Translations under genes and position numbers: made by a program | Origin: Octopus sinensis | Taxonomy: Eukaryota | Assembly (NCBI RefSeq): GCF_006345805.1 | Contig: NW_021832997.1 | Span: forward strand, 1-64,000 | Length of the DNA stretch: 64,000 nucleotides | Direction: 5' to 3' | Part shown: piece by piece, positions 51,061 to 63,246 of the stretch | Numbering within the stretch: the first letter of the stretch is position 1 | Layout: every line of letters begins with the position of its first letter | The notes under the pieces: generated by a model | Databases searched by the model: none | What the model saw: only the letters and a program-made list of their open reading frames with translations | Told to the model about the DNA's origin: nothing

Positions 51061-51061
<1 letters not shown>
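50584..51061. mobile_element. Head-to-head inverted pair of a ~210-bp Penelope-type terminal-repeat element in (TA)n
   Basis: 50584-50792 is the reverse complement of 50847-51061; each carries a hammerhead-like motif. Confidence 0.75.
50925..50959 (+). ncRNA. Minimal type-I hammerhead-like motif (second copy 50685-50719, -)
   Basis: GTTT-CCGACGA-A-GAGC TCC GCTC-GAA-ACGT-T^AAAC: stem I GTTT/AAAC, stem II GAGC/GCTC, palindromic stem III ACGT; U4 is C. Confidence 0.6.
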
Positions 51062-51139
<78 letters not shown>

Positions 51140-51510
51140 ATAAATATACACACCTACGGCATATATACACAAACATACATACACACACCCAGCGGACCTC
51201 GCTACTACCACCACAATGCCTATCGTCATCTTACATTCACTGTATATATACACACAGCAGTAAGTGGATCCTATGCGTGTATATAAAATTTATAAACAAA
51301 ATTTTATCTTAACTCTTCAGCCCGCGCCTGACACACGGCGAATGGGAGCTTCAATTAATGGCGGATCGGAGATGAAATTAAAGGCGGGGTTGCCTGTGAA
51401 AAGTTTTAGCCGTTGTCAGAATATTGTGTAACGGAAAACAAACATATTCAAAGAATATTTGTACATAAGTTTCATACTTCCTTTTTCTTCCAAAATTTTC
51501 GTTGCTTTTG

Positions 51511-51673
51511 CGCTGGAGTGGCTGTGTGGTAAGTAGTTTGCTTACCAACCACATGGTTCCGGGTTCATTCCCACTGCGTGGCATCTTGGGCAAGTGTCTT
51601 CTGCTATAGCCCCGGGCTGACCAATGCCTTGTGAGTGGATTTGGTAGACGGAAACTGAAAGAAGCCTGTCGTA

Positions 51674-51714
<41 letters not shown>

Positions 51715-52418
51715 TATATAATATATATATATATATGTATGTGTGTGTATGTGTTTGTGTCTGTTTGTCTCCTTAGCATTGCTTGACAACCGATGCTGGT
51801 GTGTTTACGTCCCCGTGGCACCTTGGGCAAGTGTCTTCTATTATTGGATTTGGTAGACGGAAACTGAAAGAAGCCCTTCGTATATATGTATATATATATA
51901 TGTGTGTGTGTCTGTGTTTGTACCCCTAGCATTGCTTGACAACCGATGCTGGTGTGTTTACGTCCCCGTCACTTAGCGGTTCGGCAAATGAGACCGATAG
52001 AATAAGTACTGGGCTTACAAAAGAATAAGTCACGGGGTCGATTTGTTCGACTAAAGGCGGTGCTCCAGCATGGCCGCAGTCAAATGACTGAAACAAGTAA
52101 AAGAGTAGAGAGAGAACACAAACATATTCAAAGAATATTTCTACATAAGCTTCGTACTTCCTTTTTCTTCCAAAATTTTCGTTGCTTTTGAATGTTGATG
52201 AATGTCGATTCTCGTCCAGTGACAAGGATGCAAAAGCAACGAAAATTTTGGAAGAAGAAATATAAATGAATGGAAATCAAACCGGTGAGTGTGTCTGATA
52301 ATAAGGCATTAACACAATATGACTCTCCCCAGACAAAACAAAATTTGCTACAATACGCGAGTTCACATAAAGAATCCTGCAAACCAGATATATATACCAA
52401 TACTGCTTATATTAATTT

Positions 52419-52490
<72 letters not shown>

Positions 52491-53228
52491 TCTTTTACTC
52501 GTTTGCTTGTTTCAGTCATTTTTTACTGTGGCCATGCTGGAGCATCGCATTTAGTCGAGCAAATCGACTCCAGGACTTATTCTTTGTAAGCCCAGTACTT
52601 ATTCTATCGGTCTCTTTTGCCGAACCGCTAGGTTACGGGGGACATAAACGCACCAGCATCGGTTGTCAAGCGATGTTGAGGGTGTGTGACAATCAGACAC
52701 ACCAACATATACTCACATATACACATATATACGACGGGCTTCTTTCAGTTTCCGTCTACCAAATCCACTGACAAGGCATTGGTCAGCCCGAAGCTATAGT
52801 AGACGACACTTGCCCAAGGTGCCACGCAGTGGGACTGAACCCGGAACCTATTATATATATATATACATATATACTCTTTTACTTGTTTCAGTCATTTGAC
52901 TGTGGCCATGCTGGAGCACTGCCTTTAATCGAGCAACTCGACCCCGGGACTTATTCTTTGTAAGCCCAGTACTTATTCTATCGGTCTCTTTTGCCGAACC
53001 GCTAGGTTACGGGGGACATAAACGCACCAGCATTGGTTGTCAAGCAATGCTAGGGGGACAAACACAGACACACAAACACACACACTCATATATATATATA
53101 TACATATATACGACAGGCTTCTTTCAGTTTCCGTCTACCAAATCCACTCACAAGGCTTTGGTCGGCCCGGGGCTATAGCAGAAGACCATTACCCAAGGTG
53201 CCACGCAGTGGGACTGAACCCGGAACCA
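51511..53228. mobile_element. Cluster of SINE family B copies (51511-52117 +, about 52490-52850 -, about 52870-53228 -)
   Basis: Family B heads and tails, some nested or truncated. Confidence 0.85.
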
Positions 53229-54137
53229 TTTTCATATATGACAGAAAATAATTTTTGTCTCTTTTTATGGAAACAGAAGGGTTTATAGGTCTGCAGAAAA
53301 GAAATGCTTCAATATGAATGAGACGAAGATAAAGGAACATTGATCGTAGAACAGAAATGAAATTCGAGTCAACAACTTCATATATAATGGTTGTATACTG
53401 TCAATCTAACAAGAACGTGACAGTAGGGGGTACACCACCGTTATATAGCCCTAGGAGGCATCGAACGCCTCCTGACAGCTTCGGCACATTTTATCCTGTG
53501 TCCTTATATACACATACGAAGGGGAGACAAACACCCCCAACTGCCGGAACTGCATCTAGGGACACCGTGTTTCAGGATCATTGTCCTTCATCGGCCTAGA
53601 GTAGCAGACACCGGTCAGCTGGCGATATCTGTCTGGACTTCGTATCTGTATATATCTATAGTCAGTGAAGTCTATTCACTGATTATCAAAATAAGAAATA
53701 TTGAGTTTCTAAATCTCTCGTAGAGAGGTGTACGGTGGTGGAGCAATATAATGGTTGTATACTGTCAATCTAACAAGAACGTGACAGTAGGGGGTACACC
53801 ACCGTTTGAGGTGTTATATATAAAGTTGTTGACACGAATTTGATGTTTGTTCTATGATTAACGTCCCTTTATATATGGAGGAGACTCCCTTCGGTAACTT
53901 AGAAAGTTACCCCCCGAGGCACAGAGAAAAATAGTTATAGAAAAACTTATCTTAAACTCAGAAATATTAGATTTCTAAATATCTCATAGAGATATGTACG
54001 GTGGTGGGGCGATAGAATGGTTGTATACTGTGAACTTAACGTGACAGTAAGGGAATTACACCACCGCTGTTTAGCCCTAGGAAGCTAGACGCTTCCTGAT
54101 GGCTTCGACACATTTCCTCTGTCCTTATATATTTACA

Positions 54138-55343
54138 GGAGGCGCAATGGCCCAGTGGTTAGGGCAGCGGGCTCGCGGTCGGAGGATCGCGGTTTCGATT
54201 CCCAGACCGGGCGTTGTGTGTGTTTATTGAGCGAAAACACCTAAAAGCTCCACGAGGCTCCGGCAGGGGATGGTGGTGATCCCTGCTGTACTCTTTCACC
54301 ACAACTTTCTCTCACTCTTACTTCCTGTTTCTGTTGTACCTGTATTTCAAAGGGCCGGCCTTGTCACTCTCTGTGTCACGCTGAATATCCCCGAGAACTA
54401 CGTTTAGGGTACACGTGTCTGTGGAGTGCTCAGCCACTTACACGTTAATTTCACGAACGGGCTGTTCCGTTGATTCGGATCAACCGGAACCCTCGTCGTC
54501 GTAACCGACGGAGTGCTTCCATTTCAAAGGGCCGGCCTTGTCACTCTGAATATCCCCGAGAACTACGTTAAGGGTACACGTGTCTGTGGAGTGCTCAGCC
54601 ACTTACACGTTAATTTCACGAGCAGGCTGTTCCGTTGATTCGGATCAACGGAACCCTCGTCGTCGAACCGACGGAGTGCTTCCATTTCAAAGGGCCGGCC
54701 TTGTCACTCTGAATATCCCCGAGAACTACGTTAAGGGTACACGTGTCTGCGGAGTGCTCAGCCACTTACACGTTAATTTCACGAGCAGGCTGTTCCGTTG
54801 ATTCGGATCAACCGGAACCCTCGTCGTCGTAACCGACGGAGTGCTTCCATTTCAAAGGGCCGGCCTTGTCACTCTGAATATCCCCGAGAACTACGTTAAG
54901 GGTACACGTGTCTGTGGAGTGCTCAGCCACTTACACGTTAATTTCACGAGCAGGCTGTTCCGTTGATTCGGATCAACCGGAACCCTCGTCGTCGTAACCG
55001 ACGGAGTGCTTCCATTTCAAAGGGCCGGCCTTGTCACTCTGAATATCCCCGAGAACTACGTTAAGGGTACACGTGTCTGCGGAGTGCTCAGCCACTTACA
55101 CGTTAATTTCACGAGCAGGCTGTTCCGTTGATACGGATCAACCGGAACCCTCGTCGTCGTAACCGACGGAGTGCTTCCATTTCAAAGGGCCGGCCTTGTC
55201 ACTCTGAATATCCCCGAGAACTACGTTAAGGGTACACGTGTCTGCGGAGTGCTCAGCCACTTACACGTTAATTTCACGAGCAGGCTGTTCCGTTGATTCG
55301 GATCAACCGGAACCCTCGTCGTCGTAACCGACGGAGTGCTTCC
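54138..55343 (+). mobile_element. SINE family A with five extra tandem copies of its 165-bp 3' half
   Basis: Units start ATTTCAAAGGGCC at 54521, 54684, 54849, 55014, 55179; whole structure flanked by ATATATTTAC (54127-54136, 55345-55354). Confidence 0.92.
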
Positions 55344-55789
55344 CATATATTTACGAAAGGGAGACAAACCCAGCAGCCAGGTCTGCATCTAGAGACACGC
55401 ATGTTTCAGGGTCTTCTCTATATTTCTAAACACTATTTAAATCTATTTATCTTACCACTCTCACCATTTGACAAGTATTTACTATATTTTCTCTCTACTC
55501 AATATCAAACCTGGGTCCCAAACCGTTAATTCGTTAACCATTGGTTAAACGTAGTTAATATTTTCGTGAAGGGTTTAATTTTCAAGTTAACTTTGGAAAT
55601 CATTATCGGACTAATTAACTTCCGTTAACTCAAGTCAACTTGAGTTAACTTCCGTTAACTGAAGAACGGTGACGTGAAACTCTTGAGTTCGAGTTTGTAT
55701 AGATTCTTTCGGTTTCAATAAAGAGTATTTTACTCTATCTTCGGTATTCGAGCACTAATTTTACCAACTTGTTTTGCATTTGTGTGCTT

Positions 55790-55800
55790 ATTTATGTGTA

Positions 55801-55831
<31 letters not shown>

Positions 55832-55884
55832 AAAGATAGATAAATAGATACATATACAGATGGAGAGATAGATAGATAGACGGG

Positions 55885-55921
<37 letters not shown>

Positions 55922-56824
55922 TAGATAGACAGATAGATAAATAGATAGATGGATGGACAGACAGACACACAGACATATCCTCACGCGCACACACTTACAC
56001 AGACTAACATGTACACGCACACACACCGCAACCACTAATCTGTCCTCCTCTCTCTGCACCCTACCCCGAACACACACCCACCTCCCACGCACTGTGAAAC
56101 CCCTCCTCCTTCTCCACTCCAACTCTCCGTCTCACACGTCGCGACCGCCCTGTACCACCACGCATCAATACTACGACGGCCAGCATCATCACCACTACCA
56201 CCACCACCACCAGCACCACTACCACCACCAGCACCACCACCACTACCTCCACTACAATCATCACCACTACCACCCCACCACCACCACCACTACAACCACC
56301 AGCGCCACCACCACCACCACCACCACAACTACCACAACTACCACCACCAGCGCCACCACCACCGCTACCACCACCACCTCCACTACAATCATCACCACCA
56401 CCAGCACCAGCACCACTACAACCACCAGCGCCACCACCACCACCACCACAACTACCACCACCAGCTCCACCACCACCACCATCACCACCACCTCCACCAT
56501 CACCACCACCACCACCTTTCTGTCATGTTAAATCAGTTCGTTCTGTGTTAACTAGAAAAGAACAGGGATCATTATCGCTCCCGCTGCTGTTGGCTTCTTC
56601 TGGGTCCCACGGTGGGAGAAGAAAGAAGACAGTAGAGAGGGGGCGGCGGACCGCCGGCTCCCTCGCGCTCGCTTATCCCCTACCACACCCCACTATTTTC
56701 TGCGTCACTTTATACACACCCTTTATATACACCCCTTCGCGTTCACACACCTTTTACATTCAACACTTTCAGACACGCCACCCCTCACATCCACCCACAT
56801 GCTCCCTCTCCATCACTCTCACAC

Positions 56825-56862
<38 letters not shown>

Positions 56863-57142
56863 ATATATAATATATATATGTATGTATATATATATATATA
56901 TATATATATGACAACGAGGGTGACTGTATATATATATATATAATATAATATACATATATAGAAAGAGAGAGACCCCCCACACACACACACACGTACAGGT
57001 TTATATATATATATACATATATACGTACATATACATACATATATATATACATACATACATATATACATACATACATACATATATACATACATACATACAT
57101 ATATATACATACATACATATACATATATACATACATACATAT

Positions 57143-57173
<31 letters not shown>

Positions 57174-57174
57174 C

Positions 57175-57221
<47 letters not shown>

Positions 57222-57296
57222 CATATATATATATATATACATACATATATATATATACATACATACATATACATACATACATACATATACAAACGG

Positions 57297-57340
<44 letters not shown>

Positions 57341-57560
57341 TGTATATGTATATATGTACATATACAGACGGATATATATAGAGAGAGATAGATCTATATG
57401 TGTGTGTGTGTATATATAATATATATATATATATATATGCATATATACAGAGATATGTATATGCCTATATATTGAGACACAAAAATACACTCTCATACAT
57501 ACATACAGATATATTTATATACACACATATGTACACCCACACACACACACATATATATAT
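55790..57560. repeat. Compound microsatellites (TG)n, (GATA)n, (CAC)n, (TA)n, (TACA)n around a short CpG-rich unique stretch
   Basis: Visible directly. Confidence 0.9.
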
Positions 57561-58005
57561 AAACGTTCTCGTCTGCTTTGTCCTACAGTTGTCTCAGCCC
57601 CCGCCATCGTCGCTCTCCCACATCTCCGCCATTTTGTGTTAATATTTTCACCAACTTTAACCAACGAACTTTCTTCCACATCACTTCTTGACGCATCTGT
57701 TGTTGTTCCTTGTATCCATTGTGCCGAATTGTGGCGGCGGCGGTGGTGGTGGTGGTAGTTGTGCTGGCGGTGGTATGTTGGTGATGGTAGCAATGGTAGT
57801 GGTGGTGGTGATTGTGGTAGTTGTAATGGTGGCGGTGGCAGTTGGGGTGGTGGTGGTGGTAGTTGTGGTGTTGGTGGTACAGTGGTTGGGGTTGGCGAGA
57901 GTTCCCTGTTGGTGATGCTGTAGTCTTATCCCGGTATCCCATATCATCATCTGGAAAAGATTTTCTAACTAGAAAGGGTGTGGCCTGGTCAGCCTGTAAT
58001 GACAT

Positions 58006-58722
58006 ACATAAGATCTAGTCATCAAATCTAAGTAGAGACTTCAAACTTAAAATCTTCAAAGCCACAGTCGAACCAATTCTACTATATGGCTCAGAAACCT
58101 GGACGTTATCAAAGAAGCTTGAGAGGCGGTTGGATGGAACCTACACTCGCCTCCTTATGAGAGCTCAAAATCTCTCGTGGAAGCACCATCCAACCAAAAT
58201 GCAAATATATGGGAAACTACCACCTGTGTCATCTCTTGTGAAAGGTGGAAGAGTCCAGTTTGCTGAACATTGTTGTAGAGCTGAAAAAGAGGTAATCTCT
58301 ACTCTTCTCCTCTGGAAGCCATCTACTCGCAATACCAGAGGGCGCACACTCTTTGAGAGGTGATTGGATGGAACCTACACTCGCCTCCTTATGAGAGCTC
58401 AAAATCTCTCGTGGAGGCGCCATCCAACCAAAATGCAAATATATGGGAAATTACAACCTGTGTCATCTCTTGTGAAAGGTAGGAGAGTCCAGTTTGCTGG
58501 ACATTGTTGTAGAGCTGAAAAAGAGGTAATTTCTACTCTTCTCCTCTGGAAGCCATCTACTCGCAATACCAGAGGGCGAACACTCTCCTACCCTGATGTA
58601 ATCTCCAGGGATACAGGCATCCAGCAACAGACCTCCGTAATGCCATGATGGACCGTGAAGTCCGGCGTAGCATGGTAAATTCCATTGTCTCGACCACGGT
58701 CGAACAATGATGATGATGATGA
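58006..58722 (+). mobile_element. RTE-clade LINE 3' fragment with an internal 234-bp tandem duplication and (TGA)n tail
   Basis: KIFKATVEPILLYGSETWTL...LDGTYTRLLMRAQNLSW...RRVQFAGHC; duplicated ORFs at 58130 and 58364. Confidence 0.88.
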
Positions 58723-58737
58723 TCCCGGTAACGTTAT

Positions 58738-59250
58738 GTCCTAATCTTGACAATATATAACGTGTTGTCCTAATCTTGACAATATATAACGTGGTGTCCT
58801 AATCTTGACAATATATAACGTGGTGTCCTAATCTTGACAATATATAACGTGTTGTCCTAATCTTGACAATATATAACGTGTTGTCCTAATCTTGACAATA
58901 TATAACGCGTTGTCCTAATCTTGACAATATATAACGCGGTGTCCTAATCTTGACAATATATAACGCGGTGTCCTAATCTTGACAATATATAACGTGGTAT
59001 CCTAATCTTGACAATATATAACGTGGTGTCCTAATCTTGACAATATATAACGTGGTATCCTAATCTTGACAATATATAACGCGGTGTCCTAATCTTGACA
59101 ATATATAACGTGGTATCCTAATCTTGACAATATATAACGTGGTGTCCTAATCTTGACAATATATAACGTGGGATCCTAATCTTGACAATATATAACGCGG
59201 TGTCCTAATCTTGACAATATATAATGCGGTGTCCTAATCTTGACAATATA
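58738..59250. repeat. 29-bp minisatellite, 18 copies (last partial)
   Basis: GTCCTAATCTTGACAATATATAACG(T/C)G(G/T)T; variation almost confined to a few junction positions. Confidence 0.95.
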
Positions 59251-59401
59251 CAAAGGTGGAGCACTTGCAGAAAAACGCACAGCTTGGAACCGCTCGAATA
59301 CTCCGGATGGTGTTCGAAAAAATAAGGGGTGTCACCTTAGTTCACTGGTAGTGAACAGCTGACACCGTAGTACATGTCCAGCGTTAGAAGCTGTGCAAAG
59401 G
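59231..59401 (+). mobile_element. 3' end of an R4/Dong-type (RLE) LINE followed by (AAT)n
   Basis: TKVEHLQKNAQLGTARILRMVF resembles the LQK..LLGT..ILR.VL C-terminus of R4/Dong elements; ends in a (TAA)n tract. Confidence 0.7.
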
Positions 59402-60244
59402 CAATAATAATAATAATAATAATAATAATTAATTCTTTTATTGGCCACAAGGGTTGACAAAAATTAATTATAACAAAAAGGGACAAAACAGGACGAAAGG
59501 TTACAAAGTGTTTTAATGATGATAATAATCCTTTCTACTGGAGGCCTGAAATTTAGGGAGAGGAGACTAGTCGATGACATCAACCCCAGTTTTTTACTGG
59601 TACTTAATTTATTGACCCCCAAGAGGATGAAGGGCAAAGTCGGCTTGGTGGAATTCGACTTTGCCTTTCGATAATAATAATAATAATAATAATAGCCCTT
59701 TCTACAGGAAGCACACGGCCCCAAATTTGGGGGAAGTGATTAAGTCGATTGCATAGACCCCAGTGCGTGACTGGTACTTATTTCATCAACCCCTAAAGGA
59801 TGAAAGGCAAAGTTGACCTCTGTCTCTTTGTGTATCTATCTACCTACCTACCTACATACCGACCTACCTACCTGTCTGTCAGCCTGTCTGTTTGTCTGTC
59901 AGCCTGTCTATCACACTCTCTTTCTATCTATTTATCTAACTGTGTGTTGTGTGTGCGGGTATGTTGTGTGTGTGTACGTGTATGTATGTTTGTCTATCTA
60001 TAAACAAACACACACACATGTATATAAAAACGTGCATATGTCTGTGTGTGTGAGTGAATGTGTGTATATGAGTGTGTGTATATGTGTATACGTGCGCCGA
60101 AGTATGTATTTTGTTTTTGATGAGCAACTCCATTAGCGAAAGCGCAGATTCTTTGCTAATATGCTTCAAATATGTAAACGCCAATTACACACCCATACAT
60201 ACAAACACATACCTACACACACACATATATAGCAGTACATGCCG

Positions 60245-60287
<43 letters not shown>

Positions 60288-60399
60288 GTCTATACATTAC
60301 GGTATGTATGTAAAAAGAATATACACGCATTTTAGCGTTGCAAACGAGAGGCTTTCATACTCCACCCTAATAAGAATTAAATATACACTCAGTCGTTAA

Positions 60400-60634
60400 T
60401 ATCGCTCCTTCCTCACACATACACACACACAGACATACACCTACACACACACACGCACACACACTCTCATCGCTCCACAGACACATACATACACACACAT
60501 ATACATACATACAAATATACAAGTATATATATATATATATATAAATATATACATATATGTATATCTATATATATATATATATACACATATATATATATGC
60601 ATATATACATATATATGTGGGTGTATATATATAT

Positions 60635-60679
<45 letters not shown>

Positions 60680-62226
60680 TATATACTCACACTCATATAT
60701 ACATATATATATATATATTTATACACGCAGACGTACATTGTACGCACACCATTAAGCGAGTACAATAGCTGTGTGTTTATGAGGTGGAAAGCTCTCTTTA
60801 TAAACATCGTCGAAATGTGTGGGTAATGACGCGGGTTCGATACCCATCGTAACTTTCACTCACCTCAGTAAACCCGCTAATGTGCACCTCGTTTGGTTCG
60901 GGGCAACATGGGAGATTGCCGTCTTGATGCGTGTGTGTGTATATGCATACATACATACATATACATACATGCATACATATATACATCATACATAATACTT
61001 ACATACATATATACATACATACATAAATACATACATACATATATACATACATACATAAATACATACATACATACATACATACATACATACATACATACAT
61101 ACATACATGCATCCATGCATCCATACATGCATACATACATGCATACATGCATACACGCATACATACATAGGCGACAAGCTGGCAGAAACGTTAGCACGAC
61201 GGGCTAAATGCTTAGCGGTATTTCGTCTGCCGCTGCGTTCTGGGTTCAAATTCCGCCGAGGTCGACTTTGCCTTTCATCCTTTCGGTGTCGATTAAATAA
61301 GTACCAGTTACGCACTGAAGTAGATATAATCGACTTAATCCGTATGTTTGTCCTTGTTTGTCCCCTCTATGTTTAGCCCCTTGTGGGTAGTAAAGAAATA
61401 GGTATTTCGTCTGCTGCTACATTCTGAGTTCAAATTCCGCTGAGGTCGACTTTGCCTTTCAACCTTTCGGGGTCGATAAATTAAGTAACAGTTGCGTACT
61501 GGGGTCGATTTAATCGACTGACCCCCTCCCCAAAACTTTCGGGCCTTGTGTCAAGAGTAGAAAAGAATGTTTAATATATCTAATATGCGTGACCCCGTAG
61601 CTATGGTGTTGTACTTACGATCTAGCGATTGGGGGGTTCGATTCCCAGACCGGCTGTGCATCGTGTTCTTGAGCAAAACACTTCATTTCACGTTGCTCCA
61701 CTCCACTTCACTGTACGTGAGTAACCCTAGCCTTCCGATCAAGAGGAATGTTGGCCTGCTTGCCTTTCCAACGGGGTGGCCATCATTCGAAAGCTTTTGA
61801 GCCATCGATTTATCTTTCTATCTACATATCTCGTCTGTCTGTCTGTCTAACTACCTACATACCTATCCATCCATCCATCTATCTATTTATCTATCTACCT
61901 ACCTATCTATCAATCTATCTATTTATCTATCCATCCATCCATACCTATCTATCCATCTACATGTCTATCTATCCATCTATCTACATACATACATCCATCC
62001 ATCTATCTACCTATCTATCCATCTATCTATCTACCTACATACCTATCTATCCATCTATCTCTCTGTCTGTCTATCTATATCTATCTACCTATCTCTCTGC
62101 GTGTCTATCTATCTATCAGTCTACCTGTATGTATCTGTCTGTCTATCTATGCATTTACTTGTCTATATATCTATCCATCCATTTGTCTATCTTGCCGTGT
62201 ATCTATCTCTCTACAGACAGACGAAC

Positions 62227-62281
<55 letters not shown>

Positions 62282-62290
62282 GATACAGAG
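60400..62290. repeat. Microsatellite blocks (TA)n, (TACA)n, (TATC)n, (GATA)n with SINE family C copies and a further tRNA-head SINE near 61590-61790
   Basis: Visible directly; GGTTCGATTCCCAGACC B-box and GTGTTCTTGAGCAAAACAC box near 61640-61680. Confidence 0.8.
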
Positions 62291-62621
62291 AAAGAGAGGC
62301 TGGTAGACAGATCCAGATCGACAGACATAGAACCAAATTGCAAAAAAAAACCGTAGTGTAGAGAGACAGGTGTGCTTTTGTGTGCAATACAATCGGTGAA
62401 GGTGACGGTTGTGATTTTAGGGTGTGGCCTATACCATGTGTGGGGGGTGTAGGGGTTCGTATGTCTGTCTGTCTGTGTGTCTATGCATTTATCACAAGAA
62501 AACCAGCTGCACAAACTGTAATATATATATGTTTGTGTGTGTGTGTATGAAGGAGAGACTATTCTATTGTGTCAACGCTGTGAATATTAAATGCCTAATT
62601 AGGAATAATAATAATAGTAGC

Positions 62622-62674
<53 letters not shown>

Positions 62675-62690
62675 TATTATTATTATTATT

Positions 62691-63246
62691 GAGTGAGAGA
62701 GCAGTGCATGCCATCAAAGTGACACTGGGGTAAAATATACGAAGCCCAATATACCCATCATGACTACCCGTCTGATAAGGGTACACCAGGCACATGCATC
62801 ACAACCATATGTGCGCGACATGGTGATCTCATATCAAGATAAACAGCACATGAGCTTGCAGGTGGGGCCCAGTTAGAATTTTTCTTCTGGTCGAGTAACC
62901 CATCCTACTCAAAAGAGCCCTGAATAAGGGTTGTTTAAGGATGTTGAAAGAACCACCCATGTTTCCAGAGGTGAATTATTCAAACCCCAAAGAATCCCTC
63001 TCAACACATGGCTATGATGCTCCCCCACTACCTCTGCTCGTGATCAAAGATGCACATATCGTCAGCCACTAAGGGACATGCTCAACTGGTTAAGTTCAAA
63101 CAACTGACAAGCAAATCTGTGGTATTGAGCAGAGTATTTGCTGTAGCCCATCTTTTATACCAACACAAAACAATGTAAATGATAACACTTCCAATCAGTT
63201 CAGATCAGAAGCCATGAGAGCCAGGGCCTGGTACTGCATCAGGGCA
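62691..63246 (-). mobile_element. ~555-bp non-coding element embedded in (AAT/ATT)n, probably a non-autonomous retroelement
   Basis: Complex sequence bounded on both sides by TAA-type repeats; no ORF. Confidence 0.5.

Noticed and set aside
54521-54685. HDV-like or hammerhead ribozyme in the 165-bp unit (GGCCGGC start) or the 127-bp unit
   Set aside because: No complementary P1 strand or nested pseudoknot and no CUGANGA/GAAA core found by eye on either strand.
58738-59250. CRISPR-like array
   Set aside because: Units are contiguous 29-mers with only point variation and no unique spacers; no cas genes; eukaryotic context.
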